A stretch of 64,000 bases of DNA from Lingula anatina (GCA_051362555.1 CM120641.1:25984401-26048400); one strand, 5' to 3'. Positions 1 through 29,820 are shown, counted from the first letter of the stretch. Numbers and translations: made by a program. The notes: a model not told the origin generated them from the sequence alone.

Positions 1-1192
1 ATTTTGGACATATGAAAAACTGCACCAAACTTTCTACGTGCTTTTGTCATTGAGATTGAAATCTGACCTAATTTTGCATTAGGACCAAAGTTAAGAAAAA
101 AAAAAGAAAAAAAAAACTGATGTGGAGATTACTCCATTTTTCCATATATTCATTGCCTATAGCTTATCCATGTTGAGATAACAGCACATTTGGTGACACT
201 GTTGACAGTGACTTATGGATGATAACATTGCGTGAGGCAGGTTTAACTGGCCTTGACACATGATGACATGGTGACCAGTGTCTCCAGGTGTAGCCACACT
301 CTCATACACATTATTCAGCTTTGAAAAAGAAAGAAAAGAATATGCATAAAAATATATATACATATAATGCCAAAACCGCGCCCAGGCAGGCATCGAGGCA
401 ATGACAGGGCAAGGGGAGGAGGAAGAAAAAAAGAACAGACAACTGGACTGACAACTAGATAACTATAAAGATAAAAGCATGGGACAGGACAAATAAGGCG
501 CCTTTGGCTCAATACATAAATAAGGAACATATTGTTGCATCAGTTGGCTAACTGCTTGACCTGCAGCATGTAAGAGATACTGAAGCATGTTGGCCTACAC
601 TTGAATATGGCATACCAAAAGTACTTACATGTCAAACCCACTTTATTATTTCTACAATAAAAAATCTTCTTGCTTCCTGATTGTGGTTTCAAGCTATTTC
701 TCGCCTAGCAACTCAAAAGTAATCAACATAACCACAATACGGAAACCAGCATCCTCTCTTCAGTGGTAAAATGTGAGATATTCATTCAAAAAAACACTCC
801 CCGCATAAATTCTTCCACATAATGTTCTTTGCCCTAGGATTTCACAACTATTTTCAACAGATGTGATCGCTTTCCTACTCACTTCAAACAGTAAGATACA
901 AGAGTTGGGGATGTCTGTTACCAGGCTCCTTCCCAGTAGGACTCAAGTTGTACAATGTTTATTGAAATTCCAGTTATTAATTTCAGAACCACATGGCATT
1001 TACACAGATTTTTCCGATTAAACTTTCAGTTGTTTGCTGAATTTTTATTCCAAATGTTCTTAATGCCATGAATAATTTTATTATCCCCGTACCAGACTCT
1101 CCTACAATGGAAAATTTGAAATAAATTACATTAAATTACATAAAAATTTTCCTTCTCTTCTCATTTATGATATATACATATAATTATTGTAT

Positions 1193-1194
<2 letters not shown>

Positions 1195-1267
<73 letters not shown>
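1195..1267. repeat. (TA)n microsatellite
   Basis: Seen directly in the sequence. Confidence 0.95.
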
Positions 1268-1271
<4 letters not shown>

Positions 1272-3723
1272 TAGCATCTTTTCTGATTGAAAGGGGGGGC
1301 TGAAATAGTCCAATTGAAAGCCTTTACTTCTTCCAGACATACCAAAGAATCTTCCAAATGAGTTGAAACTTTTCTCAACATAGGCAGTTCCAATGATAAA
1401 AACAAGCAAACTACACAAAGTATGACACACAGATTCCGGGTTAAATTGTTCCATACCTGCTGATCTATCTCACCATTCACACACACAGGTGGATCTATTT
1501 AGTACTGATTATTTTCAAAGGTGACGGGTTTTTAAAAATAACATGACCTTATCCATTTTCAGCTTGGGATACTCTTGCTAACTATAGAATTTGGCCGTAG
1601 ACGGCATGCAGTGTTTGTTGCATTTTGCTCTTACACAACTATATTCATCTCATTTTTTGTTTACTCCCCTACTAAATAAATAATTTTATTACAGGCATTT
1701 CTCACTTAACAATATTTTACAAAATAATTGATATTGGATCTCCTCACTGCCCACATGTGGTTTACTTTCATATGAGAAAGTACTGCACTTAATACAATTT
1801 TATGTCTTTTTCAAACCACAGCCCATTAATATCTATATATGTTACCACATCCAATACCTAACCCACAGCTGGACCCTTTCCCTTTTTCTCTTTAAAAATC
1901 TGAGGATTTTTGTTTTTTTAACCTTTCCTTCTCATGTTCCTAAATTTTTGGAGCAGGTGATTCAGGCTTTTTTTCTCCCTTGACGCTACCAAAGGTTTTC
2001 ATAGTTTACAAGTCATTTCCCTCTAAATGTTTGTGAAACATACTTTTCCATCTACCATCTAAAACCACTGCTCCTGTTACCCAGTGTTAGTTAATAATGA
2101 CCTTTTTCCTCCGGCTTTAGTTCGAACGTGCTGTCTCTCGGATACAAGGAAAAGTAATCATACCTCTCTTGACATTTAAGACGCACTTAAGTGCCCCAGG
2201 GAGACGAGAGACAAAAAATTTGACAATTTGCTGGAAGGCATTGAGATAGAAAACCCATGATGAAATCTGACAAATAGGAACGCTTTAAGTAAACGCTTTA
2301 TATATTATTTCATCCTCTGTCCCCCCAAGTAAAACCAGCCTTGCCTTATAATTCATATTATCATAACACACATATGCTATTGTCCTACACATAGTTCTTT
2401 GAGGGGTGTGAGGTGAAACCACCTTGTATTATTGTCAATGCCTAAGTCCTTGTCATGAAATATTCTTCCATATACAAATATAAAATACCCTCAACAAGCT
2501 TTTTCACCAGAGGAGAAAAGTCTCTTGTATGCATACTCTGTCAACAAAGTAACAAGAGAAAATTGACGTGAAGGATGATTCATGGGCCATTACATGTTAT
2601 AACAGAGGCCACCATCAGGAACACATTTGATTTCCCATAACCAAAAAAACCTGATTTAATCCTGTCAACCCATATAATCCCCCCACCCCCAAAAAAAATT
2701 AAATAAAAAAATCATACACAGATGTATTCTAACACAAAAACAACAGCATAGGAAAGAAAAATAATTAACTTGAACATCCAACCTACAATTTTTTCAAATG
2801 AGAGTCTGTACGAGGAAACAAGCATATCGGTGGTATATGCCTTATATTATGCTGGTGGGGGTCTTAAAACATTTGAGTCATTTTACAAAATTCAAGGGGG
2901 GTATTCAAAATTATAGTTAAATTTCCACATAGCCTGAGGTTTATAGTGATTGCAAAATATTATAAAAGGCACAGGCAATGCATACCACATTAAATGGAGA
3001 TTATGGCCTTGTCAGCTGAGGTCTTCTGATCATGAAATCTCACGATTAATCTAAGGTTCAGGTGGACTATATATTCATATCTACTCGGAGGTTGTAGGGA
3101 TAGGCTGCCAAACATTTTCATACTTAATTGTGGTACTAACAACCTAGCATAGGATTTCAGGCAGTGTGCCTTGTATTGTTTTAGCTTCCAAATGACTGCT
3201 AAAATGAAATTTGAGGATACTACATTATCACGGGGTTTTGCTGTATTACAAGATACTTCAGATTCTTTGTAATGAATACGTTTTTAAAATAAAGGCATCT
3301 CTGAACATCATTCAACAATGAGTCCAAGCAATATACACAATGACTGATTCAGTATCTACAGTTTTTTGCATGATACTGCTTTTTGTGCTGATGAGCAAAA
3401 AAGTTCATTAGACTAAGTTTGGTTGATGGATCATAGATGAAAATTATTAAGCACAAGCTGAATATTTCCCTTCCTACCGTGAGCTTGAGGCAACACTAGA
3501 GGCCTGTGAGTAATAACTCATGTTAGTCTGATAAAGACCTATGTCCATGTTGGCCACAAGCTCACTGGTAGGGCACAAACTACTCTGACCCATAATCACT
3601 ACAGAATGACAAACACCTGCATTAAGGTATTCTTTTATATTTAATGATATTTCTTTTAAAATAGAAAAAAAAATCTCCAGATCAAATATCAAAGTTAAGG
3701 AAATGGAGCATACAGGAGGGAAT

Positions 3724-3757
<34 letters not shown>

Positions 3758-3965
3758 AATAAAACAAGCCTGAAAAGTTATAATAGTGGCATGTTGCACT
3801 GGTATGGCTTAAATAAGAGAAATACGAGGGGCATGACAGGTCGAGGTGATAATGACACTGTTGGTCATCAATTACAACTGCGAAATTTATCAAACCTGTA
3901 AAAGCAGCAAGATAAAATCATTTTAAAAGCTTTTGTATCAGTGCATCATTGGACACCATAACCAT

Positions 3966-3967
<2 letters not shown>

Positions 3968-4014
<47 letters not shown>
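3968..4014. repeat. Poly(A) tract (poly(T) tract also at 3726-3755)
   Basis: Seen directly in the sequence. Confidence 0.9.
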
Positions 4015-4015
<1 letters not shown>

Positions 4016-4306
4016 AGCAGCACAGTAAATAGCTCCATCATGTACTCATTATCAGTTCTAACATGTCTTACATGTTGCTGACGGTGCAAAACCACTTTGG
4101 ATGCATGATTCAAACAAGATGGCTAGACTACATTTCTTGAAAGACATTTCTGGTAAGTCCACAGAGCTGGTTTGACCACATGACTGTCTCATTTGAATTT
4201 GGAATATGCCGACTTTAGCCGGACTATCTGGCAGAATGCCCAGGTAAAATATGGAAGGGAAAAATTGCATCATCTTTGACTGACCCATAAAGAAGATAAA
4301 GTTGAT

Positions 4307-4339
4307 TTTGACCGGTAGACTCACATTCTACCGGTCAAA
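4307..4339. repeat. Perfect 13-bp stem, 7-nt loop hairpin
   Basis: tttgaccggtaga-ctcacat-tctaccggtcaaa. Probably part of a decayed DNA transposon at ~4050-4350. Confidence 0.7.
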
Positions 4340-4381
4340 TAATGGTATCCTGTACTTAAATAAAATGTAAGTTTTTTTTAC

Positions 4382-20256
<15,875 letters not shown>

Positions 20257-20501
20257 CTTGTGGTCACCTGAAATACTAAAGAACAGACAAGACTAACAAA
20301 AGAAAAGATATTTTGACTGAAAAACAATTTCCAAAACTTTATAAAAACATGTAATAATGTCTTTAAACAAGTTAAACAAGGCATTTTACCATACATTTGA
20401 AAATGCATCATGCATACTTATAATGAATAAAATTTACATTTTCAAAATTGATTGCAGAAGTATAATTTTATACACTCCTTTGTTACAAAGGCTTAATAAG
20501 T

Positions 20502-20595
20502 AACTTATGAATTCAAAATTGATGACCATGTCCTAAATATCCAAGGTAAAACTTATGAATTCAAAATTGATGACCATGTCCTAAATATCCAAGGT
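20502..20595. repeat. Perfect 2 x 48-bp tandem duplication
   Basis: aacttatgaattcaaaattgatgaccatgtcctaaatatccaaggt occurs at 20502 and 20550. Confidence 0.9.
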
Positions 20596-20734
20596 CAGAC
20601 AGCATTGAAAGTGATTAAAAGGTTTAAGGAAGTCAGGCTTAAACTCACGCTTAGCAACATAAAGAAATAAAAAAACACCTTAAGTTCTTTCTAAAATATC
20701 ATATGCACATGTATAATGAAATGTTAGAGCGTAC

Positions 20735-20791
20735 CCTCTGCAACAAGGAGTTTTCTTTGTTCAACTTTCCACACAAGATGCCATCATCTCC
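20735..20791 (-). other. PLEKHH: Probable 5'UTR exon of PLEKHH containing an 8-codon uORF
   Basis: Acceptor ttattttag at 20792 and donor AGG|gtacgc at 20734. The frame in phase with the main ORF has a stop. uORF ATG 20787 to TGA 20761. Confidence 0.5.
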
Positions 20792-22018
20792 CTAAAATAA
20801 AAAAAAATCATTTATTAAATATATATAAATGAGCAAAGAAGAAAAGAATCTCCACAAAATATATCGTTCAACTTTGTTTTTGTATTACTAAACACAAAAT
20901 GTATAGTTCCAAAACTATCCACCGTGCATAGTCTGTGTATAGTAGGTTGTCACTATCTCTCACTATACAATCCTGATGTTCTATCGTAATAAAATTGAAA
21001 CTTCTAACAAACAACACAATTTAACTACCTTGAATCACCAACACATACCAAAATATGCACTCATTTTATGACACAGAGTTCTTCCATGACAAGTTAAAGT
21101 GGGACAGCAATATATATATGTATATATTAGATGCAGAAATGGGAGCACTACAAAACTGAATTAAAAACCACACAAAGGTGGGATGAAGTCAACTAAGGCC
21201 AGAGCCCTTATTTGATCATTAGGCCTTTCAAATTCTAATGCAGACTCTCAAGTCTTCTACCTCTGAAGCCACAATACTGCTATATTATATTCAAAACAGT
21301 GCTATATGGCATGAAATGATTATAATGCCCCCAGAGTGTATTCACACCAGGGCTCAATAAGACCAGAAAAAAACCATTTGATGTCATCCAACCACCAAAT
21401 TGTAAAGAAAATAGGGATCCTCACTGTGTCGCAGTTTTTTTAATAATGTCATGCAACAATAAGTACATTTCTAGTGTGTGTTAGACTGAATGTGAACTCA
21501 CAAAAATTGGCTATTTTAGCTTGCTGATTACATCATTTAGTCTATTGATTGTAATATTAAGAATTTCATTGAACACAACCTGATTCAGATACATTGATTT
21601 GCTAGTGATAGTAACACAATGAAAGTCTTTTTTTTCTTAAGTTAGACCAAATTTGAACATGTCCCAAGTTAGCTATTTGGCTTACTGGTGACATTAATTA
21701 CCCTTTTAATCGTCTTACATGGACCTAATTTGAACACATCTAAATTCAGCTGCATTAGTTCACTGATAACAACAGTAAGTCTATTTTAGTCTTAGTTGAT
21801 CCTGTTGTGAACACATCCCAATGCAGACACTTTGGGACCTCATGCTGCCATTAGGTTAATTGCCTCCTGATCTCAGCTGGCACCCTGTGTGAGGAGACTG
21901 AGGAATGATACAATCTCAGGATAATTTGAGCTTTTCATGACTTTCAATATTGCTGTAATAAGCCTGATTATCATAAAGAGTGCAGGACTTTTGAGGGTTG
22001 TGGGTCGCATGGGAGTAT

Positions 22019-22260
22019 GGGCTCATTCCCATTACACCTACCAGTCCATAGAGAATGATCCAACTCTGCAGGGACTCTCGCTGAATGCAAACAGTTTTAC
22101 AGATTCACACGCCTCCCTGATGGACAGTAGAATACAGAAAAGGTGGCTATTATACAAGTAAGTTGGAGACATGTTAATCTGTGAAACTGATTGCATTCAG
22201 CAAAAGTCTCCTGAGTTGGATCAATATACTTAGACCAATAGTTGCAATGGGAATGAGCCC
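22019..22260. mobile_element. PIF/Harbinger-type MITE (family A)
   Basis: Termini GGGCTCATTCCCATT / AATGGGAATGAGCCC, degenerate ~95-bp inverted arms and a 3-bp TSD (TAT). Related half copies at ~31047-31110 and 41105-41200. Confidence 0.75.
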
Positions 22261-22853
22261 TATACATGTGGCTATCTACACTTGCCCTTTACAGTAATGA
22301 ATAGCTGGAGACAGATCTATCAACATTTTTTTTAAATTTTTTTTCTTAAATTGGCAAAAAGCTTAAAGCCTATTTGGCCCTCTGTACAAATTTCCAAGAT
22401 CAAATTATTGACAAGAAAATCATTATTAAATTTATCAGTGCTCTTGTCAGCTTAAATACAACTGACATATACTTGCTACTATCTTTTTCTTTTATGTCAA
22501 CATATTTAACTGTATTGCAATACTTCTCTAACTTGATATTTAACCCATTACCTTTTACAAAACACTATTACTCAAACTGTACTAGATAGGATATTCATCT
22601 TTACAGAATTCGTATACATGTTGTACCCAAAAATGCTACCTTCTCAAAGTAAACATTTTTATCCTCAGCTTCTTTGCAAATGCCCTACCTATAAACATAA
22701 CATGACCAACCTGGCACCAAACATACACAGTAACATAAATAATTTATCTTATGTTGAATTAAGCTTAGACTACTGCCTACAAACTTAAAATTTTTAAAGC
22801 AAACATTTACCATCCTACATTTCCTCTTTTGTTACACCTTTAACAACCCCCCT

Positions 22854-22854
<1 letters not shown>

Positions 22855-22938
<84 letters not shown>
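22855..22938. repeat. (CA)n microsatellite
   Basis: Seen directly in the sequence. Confidence 0.95.
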
Positions 22939-22942
<4 letters not shown>

Positions 22943-23335
22943 AAGATGAATTAATAAGATGTACTGGTTTTACTTTTTCTGCAACTAGTTTATAAATAAC
23001 CTGCAAGTTTTTCACACTTATTAAAAAAATTTAGTTAATGCTGTACGGTATATTATCTTAAGGCATTATAATTCTATAATTGAAACAGGCAGTTTCTAAC
23101 ACCCATCATATAAAAAAAACATTTATCTCCTCAATAAATGATATCCCTCTTCCAAAAATAAAATATAGTGGTTCACCTCACCTGTCCCCCCTTTTTCCAT
23201 TAAAAATGGTAGTACCCTACTCTCTCTCCCCTCCCCTGCTCCCCTTTCAAGTAGCATCTTACTTGAAACCAAAACAAAATATATCTTTATTTTCATCTTT
23301 TCTTTACTGACTTTATTACAGTTACCCTCCCATTA

Positions 23336-23800
23336 ATACAAGATATTTGTGACTATTACAACTGCCCTCCCACCTATACACAAAATGTATGTATCAATCT
23401 TGCCCAAATGATAGATATATGAAATGAATTTTATGATTGATAACCATTAAACACCATGTAAAGTGAATGTTACTTCATTAGTAATAAAAACCTGTAATTC
23501 AAAACCGTGCATGAAAATTAATTTTGGACAGACTACCAAATAAACAAGCCAAAAGGTAAAACAGTTTTTCACTTATCGTGTTATCGGTGTTGCATATGTG
23601 CTAAAAAAATTGAAAAAACAGCATACCTTCCATAAAAATGGCCCGACCATGCTGATTTTCGAACTCAACCTGTGTATAATAGATATTCATCAGTTCTGTA
23701 AGTTTCAAAAGGAAAAATGGTTTTCCACTTATGGTGTTATCCGTGAAAGTGCACGGCAACGACGACGGCAACGACAGACATCTGTCTGTACATAAAAATG
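23336..23800 (+). mobile_element. Degenerate non-autonomous Helentron/pearl-like element
   Basis: Begins ACAAGATATTTGTGA, has a TTCGAACTCAACCTG core and a CGGCAACGACGA microsatellite, and ends in a short palindrome plus ACATAAAAA. Confidence 0.5.
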
Positions 23801-23910
23801 AAAATTAATGTGATTTGGAAATTAAAGTAAGAGCTATCAAAATTGCCAAAATTGAACAAAATTTACAATGAAAGTGTCAAGAGCTTTATCAAAATTCATT
23901 TCACAAAGAA

Positions 23911-24191
23911 CAGGCCTGCCCAGTGCAACTACCAGACGCGGCATGGAAGGATCCAGAATTCACCATAGAAAGGATCATGCTACAAGATTTCAAAGTGTGC
24001 ATCAATACTCGCTTCTAAGTATCAGATGCAGCACCCTCTTGCCTGGTACATGATATGATGGCGATGATGGGAGGGTAACGCATCTGATACTTCAAGCGTA
24101 TACTGATACACACCTCGAAAAATGTAGTGAGAACCAATCTACGGTGAATTCTGGATCCCTCCGTGCCACGTCTGGTAGTTGGGAAGACCTG
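23911..24191. mobile_element. Palindromic MITE with CAGG...CCTG ends (hAT-like termini)
   Basis: ~115-bp imperfect inverted arms (caactaccagacgcggcatggaaggatccagaattcacc / ggtgaattctggatccctccgtgccacgtctggtagttg). No 8-bp TSD recognised. Confidence 0.7.
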
Positions 24192-24338
24192 GGCCCCGTA
24201 ACTCGAAAGCATCGCACACTGCAACCGAGCGCAAACGTCTTGATTCCATAACTCGCTTATATCTGCCCCATATAATACACTGTAGCCTCTATGTGATATC
24301 GCTTTTCGCAATTTGCAATGCTTTCGAGTTACAGGGCC
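24192..24338. mobile_element. PIF/Harbinger-type MITE (family B)
   Basis: TIRs GGCCCCGTAACTCGAAAGCATCGCA / TGCAATGCTTTCGAGTTACAGGGCC flanked by a CTG TSD (24189-24191 and 24339-24341). Confidence 0.8.
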
Positions 24339-27300
24339 CTGGAGAACTTATTACCAATAATAATTAAGTCCCTTTCACTTTTAATGATGTGCCAAACATT
24401 GACTTCAGTATCTAACCCCAATGGTTCTATAATTCTTAAGAACACATTTTATCACAATAAACAAATCACAACAATGTTGTTTTTTTTATTACCATAAAGA
24501 CATCAAACTCCTCAGGTAAAAAAATTGACTATTAATTAAACCCTGCACCAAATGCACACACAAACACAAATAAAAATCACTAAACATTAACAAGATAGTA
24601 ATTGGAGGTTCATATCTCATAAACAAAACAAATTTGAAGCAAAGGCTAGAACCAGATCGAATTTCAAACCCTTATCGTCAATCATATCAATATTCATGAT
24701 GATATCTGGCTCAGTTACAGCGCAAAATGATCACTATCTTATACCAATTTACAAATTTACTAAGTAGTAAAATGGATAACAAATGTGGATGGGGGTTGGG
24801 GTACAAAATAAATGGGGAAAATTTACTTTGACCAATTTAGTCATATTATTGTTTAGATATCCCTTAAAGATACTTATATACAACTAATATACAATTTACT
24901 GGTACACAAATATATAATCTTACTTTGATTTACAACAGTCTTCTCCTATATACTGTAGAGTGGCAGTGACCAGCTATGCAGTGACCACATGGAGCTCCAT
25001 CACACTGGTCATTTGTCAAGATGACAGCAGTGATATAGAGACAAGACCAGCTGTGCTTGGGCGATGACAAGGTTATATAGAGTTCAGTCACTACCTGACT
25101 GCATGCATCACTGGGATCATGGATGACAGGAAGAAATATATGTCTGTCTGTCTTTGTGCATATGTGTATATGTATGTAAGTATTTGTGCAAATGTGTGGA
25201 CAAGCACATTTGTAGAAATATTATGTGTACATATGCCAAGCAGCACACAGATGTACATCTGTTTATAAATAAATACCACACAGACGTGAGTCTAAGACAA
25301 GGTCAAGAAGCCAATTGTGCAAAATGAATAGTACAAATATTTATAACCTACATAAGATTCTTTACATATTGCATATAACTTTTTGAGCAGACAAAGAACC
25401 ATATGATATATGATTGTCATCAGAGCACATAACATATGTATGGTCAAAAACATATAGAAATAAACAGCAAAAAAGGGCAGGAAAGCTGTCAAATGTACAG
25501 ACAAAATGCAGGTAATAATGATGCACAAATTAGGTTATTTTGTCAATTTTGTTGCAGTATTACATGCTGAGAAAGAGAAAAATCTACACCGAATATAAAT
25601 TATGTAAAACAGATTTTAAAAACAGTAAGAATGTGTAACTAGTATATGACCTCTGGGCCATGAGAGTTCAAAAAGAAACCATGAAAATCCAAATATTTGA
25701 AAAAAATTAACATTTCACAAAAAATATACTGCGTAGAACATAATCAGGGTGGTTTCCAACTCAAGCTGTATTTAAGTCCCAAGAATCACTTTTTTAAGTT
25801 TGAACATAATAAGCACAGTTTTCCTTTATGCTGCTTATGGGCTGGCAGTGCACAAAATAGTATTTATGTCAATTTAGATGCCATAGAACATAATGCTCAA
25901 CAGCACAATCACAACTAATTTTAATTATGCGTTGCAGGGAACATGGACTTTCTGAAAATGCAATTAGCATAGGGTCCCAGGACCATAAAAATGTCAATAT
26001 GATGCGTCTCTACACAAAAATTGGCAAACAAAATTGTTTGACATTTAGGCAAATAAATAATTATCTAGTTTGGATAACTTAAAATTATAAACCATTTACT
26101 TTGCCTTAATAAAGTAAAACATTATTGTAGAACATATGACGATATACAGTATGTACATGATGTAGACAGCTAGCCGGGAATGGTGTTTATTAAACATGCA
26201 TCTGCTAAGTAACATGTAACTATACTGCTTGTTTTTCACTGAAAAAGTGAATAACATCTCTACCGAAATAAAAGTGTCCTAATGGTCACAAAATGTATTA
26301 CCTTACCAGGCAGTATAATAAATAAACTGCAGAATACATGAATATAATAACTATTAAGATGATCAATAATTAAGTCTCATTTTTTAACAAAGGCAGGGCT
26401 AGAATCTACCATACACTTTGATAAGTAACAATACAACACAATTTGAAAAATAAAATTTTCATGGAATTATTCTTTAACCTGCACGAGTGATTAATCATAT
26501 CATAATTTCTCAAAAGTATGTTTTGTTAGCATCATTTGGAAAAGGTAACGGAAATTTGTGAAAAGTAAATTGAATTCATGATATTTATTGTACTTAAGTT
26601 TTTAAGTAAGACCTCTTTCACAATGAGGTGTACAGTTTACTATACTGCTCCAGTTTTCAAAGTCGACAACTTAATATCAAGACACCTAAACGAAGTGCCC
26701 ACACTTGATAAGGCCAGGTAACCATTTTGATTTTACATAGGTGCTTGTGAAAGGGAGTAACACGTACACCTTTCACTAGCCTAGTTACAAGTTAGGACCA
26801 GTCAAGCTGGAACAGTTCAGAAAACTGTACCCTTGATGTGAAAAGGACCGAAATTAAGATGGATAATCTTACAAAATATTATATAAAAATTTGATAAGCC
26901 CCACATTGTTTGTCACTGCCATTTCAAAATTTGAAAATTCGGTGGTTTAATACTATTAAGTGCAATGCCATCTGTATAAATGTGTTTAGATTATGTAAAT
27001 GTTCATATCATGATGCATAAAAAACACAACCTTTGGTGTGGGCTATCTAATGACCCTGAAATCAAAACTATAACCGATTATTCAGGCACCATTCTCCATG
27101 TTAACTGAAGACCAAAAGTTTGTCATAAAAGTGTTAGTATCTTAGTAGAAGTATAAGGGTATTTGGTATGGAATAATGAAAGCCTTTGCCTTTACAACAC
27201 CTTCACTTTTCATGTGTACTGATAACAAAACTCAACATAGCATGTAATATGCCTTTTCATTTAGTTCTTATTTATATTTTAAGAGTGACAGAGATTAGAG

Positions 27301-27622
27301 ACAGTGAAAATGTAAACAACTACAACTGTATCGCTGGGCATGACAGAGCACACAACTCAATGCAGGCAAGTAATGTCGGTAAGTTGAGACAGGCGTGTAA
27401 AAATAGCGGTTCGCACCTTCACCTTGGCTTAATTTCACGACACCGACTCTGCTGAGCCGGACCGAAACTTTTTTGATGAAGGCCAAGTTGCGCTTTAGAT
27501 ACACACACAAAGCACCTCATTCTTCAACTATAGTTAACCAGAACACATAACTTCATAATAAGCCACTATCTACTGCAATTACTAGCTTCGTGAATCTATG
27601 GTTTAAAAATTTTGATACATAC

Positions 27623-27740
27623 CTCGTTATCCAGGGCGGACAGGTGCCATGCGAAGCTTACAAACAAATATGGCGAACCTGCACACGACCTTTGACCTAT
27701 GACCTTACGTCTGCAGGTGTATCTAGATGGCGTTGAAGTC
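27623..27740 (-). promoter_or_regulatory. PLEKHH: Probable PLEKHH first (non-coding) exon and promoter
   Basis: CpG-richer patch with strong donor GAG|gtatgt at 27622, a 7-codon uORF (27650-27627), three tandem TGACCT-type half sites (cgacctttgacctatgacct) and AT(A/G)GGCG YY1-like words. Confidence 0.5.
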
Positions 27741-29820
27741 ATGCAATACACTTTTAGTAAAGTCACATATTTAAAAAAATTTTAAAAAAATAATAAAGTA
27801 ATGAATTTGCCATTCTTATTCATTTTTAACAAAAACAACGCAACTGCATCCAAGAAAAAATTGAAATGTTATCTAATCAATGGAACAGATACTGGTAATA
27901 TGAATTTTATGCTTTTTACTTTAGTAAATTTTTTTCAGATCTGGGAAATAAAAGCAGAAATATGCAGAAAATATTCAAAAAATTCAGTTGGTTTTGTTGC
28001 AAAAGGCTTCTTTGAAGTCCCTTTTTTATACTGCCAAAACCTATCCAATTGTCTGTAAGTCAATGAATCAGAAAGACTTCAAGGACAATTTTGTCTAGTT
28101 ATTTGATGTTTCATCTTCATTGTACTTCTGCATTCTTTCTTAGATTAACAACCAAAATGCTTTATGTTATTGCAAATTTTCAAAAATATCATCTTACTAT
28201 ATTTGAAAAATTAATTTGACCTGTCAGTTACAGTTTTTAGTAATATCATACCCTGTCCATATTTAACAAAAATTTCCCCCAAAACACTGTAAATTTTCTG
28301 TAGTATATGTAGACTATGTAAGATGCTTCAGTTTTGTACCATGAATTATCATATCCATACATGACTCAAGGCAGTTGCAGTTTTACAAAATATTGAAAAT
28401 ATTTATTTATTAACTTTGGTACAAACATATTTCTAAAAAATTATCATGAACTAAAAAATACAATATATTTCTATATAAAAAATAAGACAATGAAAATAAG
28501 CAACATGTAAACTATGTAAGATTCTTCAGTTTTGTGCCATTTTATATCATATATTGACTTGCATGGGTTGAATAAATTGCACATGCTGTATTTATACAAA
28601 ACTAGTGGCTAAGTGGTGGCTGCAGGGTGATTGTTATACAAGTTATTATTATCATTCTTACTATTCTCAAACTTAAATAAATAGTTAATATGGTTTTACT
28701 TAACCAAATGTACAGATTATGAACTTTGAAGCAGTACCACATGTATCGGTACCTCATAACTGTCAAAAGTCCACAGAACATTGCTTACATGCTTGACAAT
28801 AAAAACTAACATTTCCACAGGCTTTCAGTGAGGAGTACTCTTTAAGGACATTGAGTATGCTTGTTACCCTTGCCTTAATTCTCACATCATTAGTCAACAT
28901 ATACTGAAAATATTTAAATCTTTACTTTATTTGAAATCCTGCTGAAGAAACCATCATCAAAATTTCAATTATGTAAAGGCCTAAACATCATGAATATATT
29001 TCAGTAAAAACATTACTGTACAGTTCCAAAGAAAGTACCAGTATTTCTCATAAGTCAACACAGCTAAAAACCTTCAGAGTTGATAAATTGCAAAGCCAGT
29101 TTACCAAGGGTTCTCACTGCACAAACTAATGGAATCTTGATAAAGATGTTTATAACACCTAATATTTACTTTTGTACTACTTTCATAAAAATGTTTTAGT
29201 CTAAATGACATGTGAAATGTACATTACCAAAATAACTTTGTCATATTGCATTAATTTACCATGCATTCATCTATAGTCAGCAATTTCTTTTTCTGAAAAA
29301 AAAGGCACCATTTCAACTGCAGTGTACTTAGTTGACCCAACTTGAGAAATGGCACAGAACTTAGTTCAAATTAGAACTTCTCCAGTGTCTACAATAAAAT
29401 TACGTCATCAACTTCATACACAGTACATCACTATAGGGCTTGAAAGCTTATTTATTAATAAGTTACATAACTATAATAACGGTAATAACTTAAAGTACAT
29501 CAACATGTATGTGAATGAATTGCAACATAGATACAGGTAGCAATATTACTAAGAGCAGCTGTTCAAAATTCCTGATACTGCAGGCTGTAAGTGAACATCA
29601 AATTGTATAATGCCATTGTAAGAGGCGCCTACTGCCCATATGAGGGACGGGAGGGTGGAAAAATCTTTGACACTTATGCTTTAAGCCGATTAAAAGCAAA
29701 TGGGCACGAGAGCCCTAACGCAATGTCCAGCTCTAATGGCTGCCAGGCTTAACTGCCAGTGATTTCAAATATATCACGTGATCTGGCTGACCAATACCCA
29801 AGTCTGCTGCAGGGTGCTAA

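Noticed and set aside
1184-1486. ORFs running through microsatellites (YIYI, CVCV, SLSL, poly-K/F)
   Set aside because: Translation of simple repeats.
3474-3620. GLYQTN peptide resembling the missing FERM exon (LMYQTN)
   Set aside because: Wrong phase from the available acceptors (stop in the phase-2 frame) and no flanking similarity.
24955-25015. miR-34-like seed TGGCAGTG with a nearby palindrome
   Set aside because: The rest of the mature sequence differs and there is no proper pre-miRNA hairpin.
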